DNA of 64,000 nucleotides. Source: Acidobacteriota bacterium. GTDB taxonomy: Bacteria; Acidobacteriota; Vicinamibacteria; Marinacidobacterales; Marinacidobacteraceae. Under the pieces are notes generated by a model. It made no database searches, was not told where the DNA came from, and was given only the letters and a program-made list of their open reading frames with translations. Position 1 is the stretch's first letter, and each line of letters opens with the position of its first letter. The stretch lies in contig JAJDUD010000021.1 of NCBI GenBank assembly GCA_022826825.1, forward strand, positions 7,610 to 71,609, in the 5' to 3' direction. The translations under genes and the position numbers were made by a program. Positions 9,577 through 19,175 of the stretch are shown piece after piece.

Positions 9577-11894
9577 TGGCCCGTTCCCGAGTGCCGCCCC
9601 GCCGGCTGGCGGCGGGCCGCCGGTTCGCCCGGGTCCTGATCGTGGTCTTTCTGTTCGCGGCGACCGCGGTCGCCGGCGCCATGCTCGGGCTGCTCGCCGC
9701 CTACCAGAGCGACATCCCGCTGATCGAGGAACTCGAAGCCTACGAGGGCACGGCGACGACCATCGTCTATGACCGGGAAGGCGCCGAGATCGGACAGTTC
9801 GCCGTCGAGCGCCGGATCGAGGTGGAGTACGAAGAACTGCCGCAGCACGTCCGTGATGCCTTTGTAGCGTTCGAGGACCAGCGCTTCTGGCAGCACTTCG
9901 GCTTCGATCCCCTGGGAATCGCGCGGGCCATCTGGGACAACTTCCGGGCGGGCCGGATCGTGTCCGGCGCCAGCACGATCACCCAGCAGGTTGCCCGTCA
10001 ACTGTTCCTGAACCGCGAGGAGACGCTCGAGCGGAAGATCAAGGAAGCCATCACCGCATTCCGCATCGAACGCGCCTACCGCAAGGAAGAGATCCTCACC
10101 TTCCACGCGAACCAGGTCTTCCTGGGGTACAACAACTTTGGCATCGAGGCGGCGGCGCAGTTCTATCTGGACAAGGGAGCGTCCGAGCTGTCGGTGGGAG
10201 AGGCGGCGATGCTGACCGGCCTGGCTCCCAACCCCGGCCGGTTCAACCCGTACCGCAATCGCGAGGCGGCGGAACGCCGGCGGGACATGGTGATCGAGCG
10301 GATGGTCGCCGAGGGCTACCTCGACGCCGACCGAGCGGCGGCGGCCCGGGCCGAGCCGATCCGGCTGCGGCCGCGCGGCGCCGACCCCTTCGCGCCGCAT
10401 TTCATGGAGATGGTGCGCGCCTACCTGCGCGACCACTACGGAGACTCGAGGACCTACCGCGGAGGCCTCCGGGTCTACACGACGCTCGACAGCCGCATGC
10501 AGCGGACCGCGACCGAAGCGGTGGAGCTGGCGCTCCGCGCCCACGACAAGCGGATGGGTTTCCGGGGGTTCGCGAAGAACGTCCTCGACGAAGGAGTCGA
10601 ACCGGTGGAGTACGAGGACGATTCCTGGAGCGCTCCCCTCGCGATCGGCTCGGTAGTGCGCGGGGTGGTCACCGCCGCGGGAGCAGAGCCGGAGATCCGG
10701 ATCGCGGACTACCGGGGAGAGGTGGATCACGGGGCGCTCGCCTGGACCTTCCGGAGCGCGGACGAGCTCTTCCGGGTCGGGGACGTCGGGTGGTTCCGCA
10801 TTCTGGCCAACGACCCCGAACCGGGAGCGGAAACGGGAGACGCCGAAGAGGAGCGGCTCGACCTGGGAAAGCCCCTCTTCGTGCGGCTCGAACAGGAGCC
10901 GCTGGCCGAAGGCGCGTTCCTGGCGCTCGACATCGACACCGGCGCCATCCAGGCCGTCGTCGGAGGGTTCGACTTCGAGCGCAGCGAGTTCAACCGGGCC
11001 ATCCAGGCGCGCCGGCAACCGGGGTCGTCGTTCAAGCCGTTTGCCTACGGGGCCGCCCTCGCCACCGGGCGGTTGGCGCCGACTTCGCTGATTCTGGACG
11101 AGCCGTTCACCTGGATCGATCCGGTCAGCGACAAGCCTTACGAACCCCAGAACTACGACGGGGAACACTTCGGCTGGATCACCATGCGGAGGGCCTTCGA
11201 GGGCTCCCGCAACGTGCCGGCGGTCCGGATGGTCCACGACATCGGTCCGGAGAACGTCGTGGCGCTGGCGCGCCGGCTGGGCATCCGGGGGGACATGCTG
11301 CCGGTGCTCTCGATCACCCTCGGCTCGAGCGGCGTCACCCTGCTGGAGATGGCTTCCGCCTACAGCGCGTTCCCCAACCAGGGCGTCCGGATGGAGCCGT
11401 ACTTCGTCTCCCGGATCACGGATCGCGACGGCCGGGAACTGGAGCGGTTCTATCCGGAGACCGCCTCGGTGATTCCGGCCGATCTCGCCTACGTCATCAC
11501 CCACCTGCTCGAGGGGGTGGTGGCCCGCGGCACGGCGGTGCGGGCGCGTCAGGTCGGCCGCCCGGTGGCGGGCAAGACCGGCACCACCAACGAGTTCACC
11601 GATGCCTGGTTCATCGGCTTCGACCCCGAGATCGCCGCCGCCGTCTGGGTCGGCAACGACGGGAACGAGACGCTGGGAGAGCGGGAGAGCGGGGCCCGGG
11701 TGGCGCTGCCGGCCTGGGTGCACTTCATGCGGAACGGACGCGCCGATCCGCCGCGGCACGGTTTCCCGGCGCCGCCCACCGTGGCGCTCGTCCAGGTGGA
11801 CCTCGAGAGCGGACAGCCTTCGGGCGGCGGACCCAACACGATTATCGAAGCCTTCCTCCCCGGCACCGAACCCGTAACCGGGTACGACCGTTAG
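9576..11894 (+). CDS. Class A penicillin-binding protein 1A (transglycosylase/transpeptidase)
   Basis: ATG overlaps upstream stop; N-terminal TM; EDQRFWQH, GASTITQQ, RKIKE; SSFK, SRN, KTGT. Confidence 0.93.
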   Translation: MARSRVPPRRLAAGRRFARVLIVVFLFAATAVAGAMLGLLAAYQSDIPLIEELEAYEGTATTIVYDREGAEIGQFAVERRIEVEYEELPQHVRDAFVAFEDQRFWQHFGFDPLGIARAIWDNFRAGRIVSGASTITQQVARQLFLNREETLERKIKEAITAFRIERAYRKEEILTFHANQVFLGYNNFGIEAAAQFYLDKGASELSVGEAAMLTGLAPNPGRFNPYRNREAAERRRDMVIERMVAEGYLDADRAAAARAEPIRLRPRGADPFAPHFMEMVRAYLRDHYGDSRTYRGGLRVYTTLDSRMQRTATEAVELALRAHDKRMGFRGFAKNVLDEGVEPVEYEDDSWSAPLAIGSVVRGVVTAAGAEPEIRIADYRGEVDHGALAWTFRSADELFRVGDVGWFRILANDPEPGAETGDAEEERLDLGKPLFVRLEQEPLAEGAFLALDIDTGAIQAVVGGFDFERSEFNRAIQARRQPGSSFKPFAYGAALATGRLAPTSLILDEPFTWIDPVSDKPYEPQNYDGEHFGWITMRRAFEGSRNVPAVRMVHDIGPENVVALARRLGIRGDMLPVLSITLGSSGVTLLEMASAYSAFPNQGVRMEPYFVSRITDRDGRELERFYPETASVIPADLAYVITHLLEGVVARGTAVRARQVGRPVAGKTGTTNEFTDAWFIGFDPEIAAAVWVGNDGNETLGERESGARVALPAWVHFMRNGRADPPRHGFPAPPTVALVQVDLESGQPSGGGPNTIIEAFLPGTEPVTGYDR

Positions 11895-11938
11895 GAGCGC
11901 CCCGGCGCGGGCCGGCGCTCCCTGAACCCGACCACTCC

Positions 11939-12556
11939 ATGAACAAGAAACTCGTCCTCCTCGGCTGCGGGCTCGCGCTCGCCGCGATCCTCCTGGCAGC
12001 CGTCATCCTGTTCTTCTACGTCTCTTCGGCCTACAACGGCCTGGTGTCGCTGGATGAAGCGGTGGCGGCCGGTTGGTCCCAGGTCGAAAACGTCTACCAG
12101 CGTCGCGCCGACCTGGTGCCGAACCTGGTGGCGACGGTCCAGGGCGCCGCCGATTTCGAGCGGGAGACCCTCGAAGCGGTGATCTCGGCGCGGTCCCGCG
12201 CGACCGGCGTCCAGCTTTCCGCGGGCGACCTGCAGAATCCCCAGGCGCTGGCGCAGTTCGAAGCGGCCCAGGGAGCGCTGTCCAGCGCGCTCTCCCGCCT
12301 CATGGTGGTCGTCGAGCGGTACCCGGACATCAAGGCCAACCAGAACTTCCTGAGCCTGCAGGATGAACTGGCGGGCACCGAGAACCGGATCGCGGTCGAA
12401 CGCCGGCGCTTCAACGAAGCGGCCCAGGCTTACAACACCCGGCGGCGCGGATTCCCCACCCGAGTGGTGGCCGGCTTCTTCGACTTCGGCGAGGCGGCCT
12501 ACTTCGAGGCCGAGGAGGGCGCCGAAACGGCGCCCGAGGTCGATTTCAGCCGTTGA
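11939..12556 (+). CDS. lemA: LemA family protein
   Basis: YNGLV...WSQVENVYQRRADLVPNLV, ERYPDIKANQNF, GTENRIAVERRRFN. Confidence 0.95.
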   Translation: MNKKLVLLGCGLALAAILLAAVILFFYVSSAYNGLVSLDEAVAAGWSQVENVYQRRADLVPNLVATVQGAADFERETLEAVISARSRATGVQLSAGDLQNPQALAQFEAAQGALSSALSRLMVVVERYPDIKANQNFLSLQDELAGTENRIAVERRRFNEAAQAYNTRRRGFPTRVVAGFFDFGEAAYFEAEEGAETAPEVDFSR

Positions 12557-13476
12557 CGCTCCGGTTCCTGCGACGTGCGCCGGGCGCCGTCGCCCTTTGC
12601 CTCGCCGTTCATGGCGCAGCCTTCGGCCAGGAGACGCCGCTGCCTGAATTGACCGGCCGGGTGGTGGACCAGGCGGACCTGCTCGCTCCCGACGAAGAGA
12701 GCCAGTTGGAGGCGTTTCTCGCCCGTCTCGAAGCCGAGACTTCGGTCCAGCTCGTCGTGGTCAGCGTTCCGCGGATCGACGGCGCGATCGAAGACTTCAG
12801 CCTGCGGCTCGCCGAGGCTTGGCAGATCGGCCAGTCCGAGACGGACAACGGCGCCCTCGTGGTGGTCTCGCAGGAGGACCGCCGGGTCCGGATCGAGGTC
12901 GGATACGGCCTGGAAGCGGTGATTCCCGACGGCCTGGCGGGACGCATCATCCGCAACGAGCTGGCGCCGCGCTTTGCCGCCGGGGACTTCGCGGGCGGCT
13001 TCGGCGCCACCGCGGCCGCCATCGCCCAGGCGGCCCGGGGCGAATACCAGGGAGCCGGAGGCGGAACGAGCCAGGCCGCGGGACGCCGGCCCGCCCGGCG
13101 CGGGGTCTCGACCCTGGTCCTGGTGGGCGCCCTCCTGCTGCTCCAGTTGCTGGGCTACATCGGAAACGCCTTTCACCCGGCCGGAGCCGCGGCCGCCGGG
13201 GGCGGCATCGCGGCGCTCCTCGGCTTCCTGATGATCGGGGTCGGTTCCCTCTTCTGGCTGGTGCCGCTCGGCCTCCTTTCGGGCTTCGGCGCCACCGCCT
13301 TCACCCGAGCGACCGCCGGCAGCCGCAGTGGCTGGGGCTACGCGGGCGTCCCGGGCGGCGGCGGCATGGTCTGGGGTTCCCCGGGGTTCCGCGGAGGTGG
13401 TTTCGGGGGTGGCCTGGGAGGCTTCGTGGGCGGGGGCGGAGGCTTCGGCGGCGGGGGCGCCAGCGGGAGCTGGTGA
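12553..13476 (+). CDS. TPM domain membrane protein (YgcG-like)
   Basis: RVVDQADLL, RIEVGYGLEAVIPD, Gly-rich GGGGFGGGGASGSW tail. Confidence 0.92.
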   Translation: MTLRFLRRAPGAVALCLAVHGAAFGQETPLPELTGRVVDQADLLAPDEESQLEAFLARLEAETSVQLVVVSVPRIDGAIEDFSLRLAEAWQIGQSETDNGALVVVSQEDRRVRIEVGYGLEAVIPDGLAGRIIRNELAPRFAAGDFAGGFGATAAAIAQAARGEYQGAGGGTSQAAGRRPARRGVSTLVLVGALLLLQLLGYIGNAFHPAGAAAAGGGIAALLGFLMIGVGSLFWLVPLGLLSGFGATAFTRATAGSRSGWGYAGVPGGGGMVWGSPGFRGGGFGGGLGGFVGGGGGFGGGGASGSW

Positions 13477-13504
13477 TGCGAGCGGGACTCCTTCCGAGCT
13501 GACC

Positions 13505-13957
13505 ATGCGCGTTCCGAAGCCCCTCCGGTCCCACCTGTCCGAGGAGGACCTCGACCGCATCGCCAACGCGATCTCCGAGGCCGAACGGGAGACCTCCGGC
13601 GAGCTGCGGGTCCACGTGGTGGCACGGCTCCTGCCCCTCGAGAACGCCCGCAAGCGCGCGGTCCGCGAGTTCTTCCGGCTGGGCGTGGACCGCACGAAGG
13701 ACGGATCGGGCGTCCTGCTGTTCCTGGCGGTCCGCTCCCACCGGTTCGAGATCGTGGCCGACCAGGCGATCAACGAGAAGGTCGGCGAAGAGGCCTGGAA
13801 CGAGATCGCACTTGAAATCACCAGCCACATCCGGGAAAACGGCATCGGAGACGGCCTCGAGCACGGGGTTCGCCGCATCGGAGGCTTCCTTTCCGAGCAC
13901 TTTCCCATCCAGCCCGACGACGTGAACGAGCTCCCGGACGAGGTCACCTTTGGCTGA
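13505..13957 (+). CDS. TPM domain protein
   Basis: AISEAERETSGELRV, GVLLFLA, IVAD, NELPDEV; usual third gene of lemA operons. Confidence 0.88.
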   Translation: MRVPKPLRSHLSEEDLDRIANAISEAERETSGELRVHVVARLLPLENARKRAVREFFRLGVDRTKDGSGVLLFLAVRSHRFEIVADQAINEKVGEEAWNEIALEITSHIRENGIGDGLEHGVRRIGGFLSEHFPIQPDDVNELPDEVTFG

Positions 13958-14021
13958 CCAGAAATATAACAACTCCTGACTAATATTTTCGTGCCCCGAT
14001 CGTCTCATCCAATAGGCGTTA

Positions 14022-14084
14022 TATCAATGACTTATGGAGATGTTGACAACGTGTCACGCAATAATCGGCCCCGTGTGCTAGGCT
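14022..14084 (+). promoter_or_regulatory. lon upstream region: IHF-like site, TGACA-N3-TGTCA palindrome, extended -10
   Basis: TATCAATGACTTA (14022-14034) fits WATCAANNNNTTR; TGACAACGTGTCA (14044-14056); TGCTAGGCT (14076-14084); local AT-rich patch. Confidence 0.5.
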
Positions 14085-14172
14085 CATGGCGCGTTCCGGC
14101 GCCCGCCGGGACGTGCTCTCCGGGCCCCGGCCCTCGCCGGATCCCGACCGCATTCGAGGGAGAAACGCTCCG

Positions 14173-16644
14173 ATGTCCGATCCGGTGAAAGGCGCCCCAA
14201 CCGAATCAGGCTCGCCGCAGGGCCAGGTGCACCGCATGGTGCCGGTGCTGCCGCTCCGGGACATCGTGGTCTTCCCGCACTCCTTCCTGCCGCTCTCCGT
14301 CGGCCGCAAGAGCACCATCCAGATGCTCCGCGACGCGACGCGCGAGGCCGCCGAGGCCGATCCCTCCGGGACCGGCAAGGTAATGCTCGCGGTCCTCACC
14401 CAGAAAGACGATGCGGTGGACCATCCCGGCGAGGACGATCTCTATCGGGTCGGCACCGCCGCCCGGCTCGAAAAGCAGGTCCGGATGCGCGAGGGGACCG
14501 TCCGGATCGTGATTCGGGGCAGCTTCCGGTTCCGGGTCGAGCGGATCGTGCAGACCGAGCCGTACGTGCGCGCCGACATCCGCGTCCTGGACGGGACGGT
14601 GGGCGCCAACAAGACCGTGGAGTTCGAAGCGCTGACCCGGAAGATCCGCGAAGAACTCCAGGAGATGATCAAGACGGATCTCTTCCCCCGCGCCCGGGAG
14701 GTCATGAAGACGCAGCTCGCCCGGGTGGGGAGCGCCGGTCAACTGGCGGACTTCGTCGCGGAGCAGTTGCCGAGCCTGAACACCGAGATGCGTCAGGAGA
14801 TCCTCCAGACGCTGTCCATCGAGGACCGGCTGGGGCTCGCCTACGCGGCGATCCTGCGGGAGAAGCAGGTGCGCGATCTCGGGCGGAGCATCGAGTCCAA
14901 GGTCAAGAGCGAAGTGGGCCGCACCCAGCGGGAGTTCTTCCTGCGCGAGCAGATGAAGGCGATCCAGAAGGAGCTGGGGGAGGGCGACGACTCCACCAAG
15001 GAGATGGACGAGCTCCGCGAGAAGATCGAGAAGGCCGGGATGCCCGAGGAGGCCGAGAAGGAAGCCCTACGGGAGTTCCGGCGGCTCGGCCGGATTCCTC
15101 CCGCCTCCGCGGAATACACCGTGGGGCGGACCTACCTCGACTGGCTGGTCCGGGTCCCCTGGGACAAGCGGACCGAGGACAAGTACGACATCCCGCGGGC
15201 CAAGGACATCCTCGAAGCGGACCACTACGACCTCGAGAAGGTCAAGGACCGGATCCTCGAGTTCCTCGCGGTGCGGGAGCGAAAGCCCGACCAGAAGGGA
15301 CCCATCCTCTGCTTCGCGGGGCCGCCGGGCGTCGGCAAGACGAGCCTCGGGCGGTCGATCGCCAAGGCCGTCGGCCGCGAGTTCGTCCGCCTCAGCCTGG
15401 GCGGCATTCGCGACGAGGCCGAGATCCGGGGACATCGCCGCACCTACATCGGAGCGCTGCCCGGCCAGATCATCCAGGGTCTGGTGCGGGCCGGCACCCG
15501 GAACCCCGTGTTCATGCTGGACGAGGTGGACAAGCTCGGGATGGACTTCCGGGGCGATCCCAGTTCGGCGCTCCTCGAGGTCCTCGATCCCGAGCAGAAC
15601 GACACCTTCCGGGACCACTACCTGGACCTCGCGTTCGACCTGTCGGACGTGCTGTTCATCGCCACCGCGAACATGATGGATCCGGTTCCGCCCGCGCTCA
15701 AGGACCGGATGGAGATCCTCCACCTGCAGGGGTACACCGAGGAGGAGAAGATCCAGATCGCGACCCGGCACCTCATTCCGCGCCAGCTCGAAAACCACGG
15801 TCTCGACGACGAGAAGGACCAGCCGGTCTTCGACCGCGAATCGCTCGCGCTCATCATCCGGGACTACACGCGGGAGGCCGGGCTCCGCAACATGGAGCGG
15901 TCCATCGCGAAGATCTGCCGGAAGGCGGTCCGCAAGCTCGCCGAGGGCGAGGAGGGACCGCTCCAGGTCACTCCGGAGGTCGTCAGCGAACTGCTGGGCG
16001 CCCCCACCTCGCTCTCGCGCGAACTCGTGGAGCGGGTCAGCGTGCCGGGCGTGGCCGTGGGGCTCGCCTGGACACCGGTGGGAGGAGACCTCCTCTTCGC
16101 CGAGGCGTCCCGAATGAAGGGAAACACCCGGCTGACCCTGACCGGGCAGCTCGGCGACGTGATGAAGGAATCGGCGACCGCCGCCCTTTCCTGGGTGCGG
16201 CAGCACGGCGCCGGGCTCGGGATCCAGACCGGTTTCTACCGGAAGTCGGACATCCACTTCCACGTGCCGGAAGGCTCCACGCCGAAGGACGGCCCCTCCG
16301 CGGGCATCACCCTGGTCGCCGCGCTGATCTCGGTCCTGACCGACACCGTGTGCCGCCCGGAACTCGCGATGACCGGCGAGATCACTCTCACCGGCCACGT
16401 GCTTCCGGTCGGCGGAATCAAGGAAAAACTGCTCGCCGCCCATCGCTACGGAATCCGGGAAGTGATCCTGCCCCGGCTGAACGAGGGCGCCCTCATCGAG
16501 GACGTGCCCGATGAGATCCGGGACGCCCTGCAGATCCACCTGGTTTCCAGCCTCGAGGAAACCGTCCCGATCATCTTCCCCAACCTTGCCCCCGGACCGA
16601 CCATCGCCGCGGCGGCCGGGCCCGACCAGCTACCCGTTCAGTAG
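14173..16644 (+). CDS. lon: ATP-dependent protease La
   Basis: VLPLRDIVVFP, Walker A GPPGVGKTS, LDEVDK, PKDGPSAG catalytic Ser, GGIKEK. Confidence 0.97.
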   Translation: MSDPVKGAPTESGSPQGQVHRMVPVLPLRDIVVFPHSFLPLSVGRKSTIQMLRDATREAAEADPSGTGKVMLAVLTQKDDAVDHPGEDDLYRVGTAARLEKQVRMREGTVRIVIRGSFRFRVERIVQTEPYVRADIRVLDGTVGANKTVEFEALTRKIREELQEMIKTDLFPRAREVMKTQLARVGSAGQLADFVAEQLPSLNTEMRQEILQTLSIEDRLGLAYAAILREKQVRDLGRSIESKVKSEVGRTQREFFLREQMKAIQKELGEGDDSTKEMDELREKIEKAGMPEEAEKEALREFRRLGRIPPASAEYTVGRTYLDWLVRVPWDKRTEDKYDIPRAKDILEADHYDLEKVKDRILEFLAVRERKPDQKGPILCFAGPPGVGKTSLGRSIAKAVGREFVRLSLGGIRDEAEIRGHRRTYIGALPGQIIQGLVRAGTRNPVFMLDEVDKLGMDFRGDPSSALLEVLDPEQNDTFRDHYLDLAFDLSDVLFIATANMMDPVPPALKDRMEILHLQGYTEEEKIQIATRHLIPRQLENHGLDDEKDQPVFDRESLALIIRDYTREAGLRNMERSIAKICRKAVRKLAEGEEGPLQVTPEVVSELLGAPTSLSRELVERVSVPGVAVGLAWTPVGGDLLFAEASRMKGNTRLTLTGQLGDVMKESATAALSWVRQHGAGLGIQTGFYRKSDIHFHVPEGSTPKDGPSAGITLVAALISVLTDTVCRPELAMTGEITLTGHVLPVGGIKEKLLAAHRYGIREVILPRLNEGALIEDVPDEIRDALQIHLVSSLEETVPIIFPNLAPGPTIAAAAGPDQLPVQ

Positions 16645-16674
16645 CGCCGCCCCGGTGACCGGGCGGTTCGCCCC

Positions 16675-17589
16675 TTGAAATACCGCGACTACTACGCCGT
16701 CCTGGGAGTCGGGAAGCAGGCCGACGCGCAGGCGATCAAGCAGGCCTACCGGCGCCTCGCGCGCAAACACCATCCCGACCTGAATCCGGGCGACCGCCAG
16801 GCCGTGGAGCGCTTCAAGGAGATCGGGGAGGCCTACGAGGTCCTCTCCGATCCGGACCGGCGCCGCCGGTATGACCAGCTCGGGCCGGACTGGGCCCGGC
16901 ACGTCCGGAGCGCGCGGCCGGGGACAGCGGGGACGTCCGGCGGCCCACAGCCCGATTCGCGCGCCTTTGGCGACTTTTCCAGTTTCTTCCTCCACCTGTT
17001 CGGGCCGGACTCCCCTTTCGGCCCCCTCGAGGGAGGAACGCGGCGGGCGCCGGGATGGCCGCCTTCGGCCCGCTACCGGCCGCCGGGCCCGCCCGCGGAT
17101 CCGGCCGGGCGGACCGGCGTCGTGGAGATCAGCCTCGAGGAGGCGTACCGCGGCGCGATCCGGCAACTCCAGACGAGCCGGACCGGTTCCTACCGGGTCC
17201 GGATTCCCCCGGGGGTCCGGGACGGCGCGCGGCTCAAGGTCCGGACACCGGACGGCGACGCGATGCTCGACGTCCGCATCGCCGGCCACCCCCGGTTCCG
17301 GCGCGAGGGAGACAACCTCGAGGTCGAGGTCCCGGTCCGCTTCGCGGAAGCGGCGCTCGGCGGCGAGATCGAGGTCCCGACCCTCGGGGACCCCGTCCGA
17401 ATCCGCATTCCGGCGGGGATCTCCGGCGGCGCCGCGCTCCGGGTCCCCGGACGGGGCATGCCTCGTCCGGGCGGGGGTCACGGCGACCTGGTGGCTCGGA
17501 TCCGGATTGCGGTTCCCAGGGACCTCACGCCGGAACAGAAGGACTTCGTCCGTCGCTTCGAAGCCAGCGAGAGCTCCTCAGGCGAGTAG
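16675..17589 (+). CDS. DnaJ class B / CbpA-like co-chaperone
   Basis: J-domain with HPD, G/F region, C-terminal DnaJ domain, no zinc finger. Confidence 0.9.
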   Translation: MKYRDYYAVLGVGKQADAQAIKQAYRRLARKHHPDLNPGDRQAVERFKEIGEAYEVLSDPDRRRRYDQLGPDWARHVRSARPGTAGTSGGPQPDSRAFGDFSSFFLHLFGPDSPFGPLEGGTRRAPGWPPSARYRPPGPPADPAGRTGVVEISLEEAYRGAIRQLQTSRTGSYRVRIPPGVRDGARLKVRTPDGDAMLDVRIAGHPRFRREGDNLEVEVPVRFAEAALGGEIEVPTLGDPVRIRIPAGISGGAALRVPGRGMPRPGGGHGDLVARIRIAVPRDLTPEQKDFVRRFEASESSSGE

Positions 17590-18210
17590 GCGGAACAGGC
17601 CGGCGTCCAGGTTCCCCCGCAGAACGCGCGGCGACTCGCCGGTCACGTCCACGATGACCGAGGGTTCCCCTCCCGGCGTCCGGCCTCCGTCCAGGATTCC
17701 GAGCCTCGCGGCGCCGCGGCCGGCGAAGGCCTCGTGCACCGCGGCGGCGGTGGTGAGCGGGGGGGCGCCGCTCGGGTTGGCGCTGGTCGAGATCACCGGG
17801 TGGCCGAGGGCCGCCGCGAGCGCCCTGGCGAGCGGATGCGAACTCACCCGAACCGCCACTTCGTCCGCTCCGGCGGCACGGAGGGGCAGCACCAGGGTCA
17901 CCGGACCGGGCCAGCACCGATCCGCGAGGACGGACGCCCGTTCGGGGAGGACAGCGACCGCCTCCACCTGCGCGCGGCTGGCGGCGATCCAGGGGAGCCG
18001 GCGGTCCCCCGGGCGACCCTTGAGCCGGAATACCTCGGACACCGCGTCGGCGCGGCGCGGGTCCGCGCCCAGGGCGTAGAAGGTCTCGGTCGGAAAGGCC
18101 ACCACGGCGCCGGACCGCAGTTCCGCGGCCAGCCGGCGCACCTCGCTCGCCTGCTCTGCCGGCAGGGCCCCGGGAAAGGGCGATCCCCCACCGCCGCCGG
18201 GCGCGCCCAT
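17578..18210 (-). CDS. tsaC: L-threonylcarbamoyladenylate synthase (YrdC/Sua5 family)
   Basis: VAFPTETFYALG, KGR, WPGPVTLVL, STSANPSG; start approximate. Confidence 0.88.
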   Translation of the reverse strand: MGAPGGGGGSPFPGALPAEQASEVRRLAAELRSGAVVAFPTETFYALGADPRRADAVSEVFRLKGRPGDRRLPWIAASRAQVEAVAVLPERASVLADRCWPGPVTLVLPLRAAGADEVAVRVSSHPLARALAAALGHPVISTSANPSGAPPLTTAAAVHEAFAGRGAARLGILDGGRTPGGEPSVIVDVTGESPRVLRGNLDAGLFRLLA

Positions 18211-18218
18211 CCCGCGGC

Positions 18219-19175
18219 TCAGGAACCGCCCCGCCGGGCTCGGGGGTGGTGCTGGTCGTACACCCGGCGCAGCCGTTCCTCGGTGACGTGGGTGTAGATC
18301 TGGGTGGTCGAGATCGAGGCGTGGCCGAGCATCTGCTGCAGGCTCCTCAGGTCCGCGCCGTGCTCGAGCAGGTGCGTCGCGAACGAGTGCCGCAACACGT
18401 GGGGTGAGAAACGGCGCGGGATCCCCGCCTGTTCGCCGCGCGTCCGGACGATCTGCCAGAACCGCTGACGGGTCATGGCGCCTCCGCGCGCGGTGACGAA
18501 CAACCATGACGAACCGGCCTTCGGGGTCCCCTCCCCCAGGACCCGCGGGCGGCCCTGTGTCATCCACGTGTCCAGCGTTGCCGCCGCGGCGTCCCCGTAG
18601 GGCACGATGCGCGCCTTGTTCCCCTTGCCGATCACGGTGACGTAGCCCGGCGCACGGTTGCGGGCCGGCGCCACGTCGGTGGTCCGCAGGCCCACGAGTT
18701 CGGACACCCGCAGACCGGTGGCGTAGAGCATCTCGAGCATCGCCCGGTCGCGGAGTCCCAGCGGCGAGTCATCGGGGGCGGCGAGCAGCCGTTCGACTTC
18801 GTCCGGAGACAGGTAGCGGGGGAGTCCCGGGAGGGCCCGCGCAACCGTGATTCCCTCCGTGGGGTCCCGCTCGATGATCCCCTCGGCCTGCCAGAAGGCG
18901 TAAGCGCCGCGGATCGCCGAGGTCGTCCGCTGGATCGAGCGGAACGCGAGGCCACGGCGGTGGAGATGCGTCAGGAAGCGCTGCAGGTCGTTCGTGCCGA
19001 GTTCGGCGAGCGGCTGCTTCCCGCTGAACTCGCTCAGCTTGCCGAGGTCCCGGCGGTAGGCATCGAGCGTGTTCGGTGAGAGGCGGCGCTCCACCCGGAG
19101 GTGGTTCAGGAACTCTTCCGCCCGCGGGTCCGGATCCCGGCGGGGCGTCCGTCCTTCCCCGGTGGCGCCGCTCAT
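18219..19175 (-). CDS. xerD: Site-specific tyrosine recombinase XerD
   Basis: RDRAMLEMLYATGLRVSEL, GKGNKAR, SPHVLRHSFATHLL, LGHASISTTQIYTHV, HHPRA. Confidence 0.88.
   Translation of the reverse strand: MSGATGEGRTPRRDPDPRAEEFLNHLRVERRLSPNTLDAYRRDLGKLSEFSGKQPLAELGTNDLQRFLTHLHRRGLAFRSIQRTTSAIRGAYAFWQAEGIIERDPTEGITVARALPGLPRYLSPDEVERLLAAPDDSPLGLRDRAMLEMLYATGLRVSELVGLRTTDVAPARNRAPGYVTVIGKGNKARIVPYGDAAAATLDTWMTQGRPRVLGEGTPKAGSSWLFVTARGGAMTRQRFWQIVRTRGEQAGIPRRFSPHVLRHSFATHLLEHGADLRSLQQMLGHASISTTQIYTHVTEERLRRVYDQHHPRARRGGS

Noticed and set aside
14043-14065. TTGACA..AATAAT as a sigma70 promoter
   Set aside because: The spacer is only 11 bp, too short for a -35/-10 pair
18219-19175. Tyrosine recombinase as an island or integron integrase
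   Set aside because: It has XerD-type sequence and housekeeping context (murJ, tsaC), with no IntI-specific insertion or att sites visible
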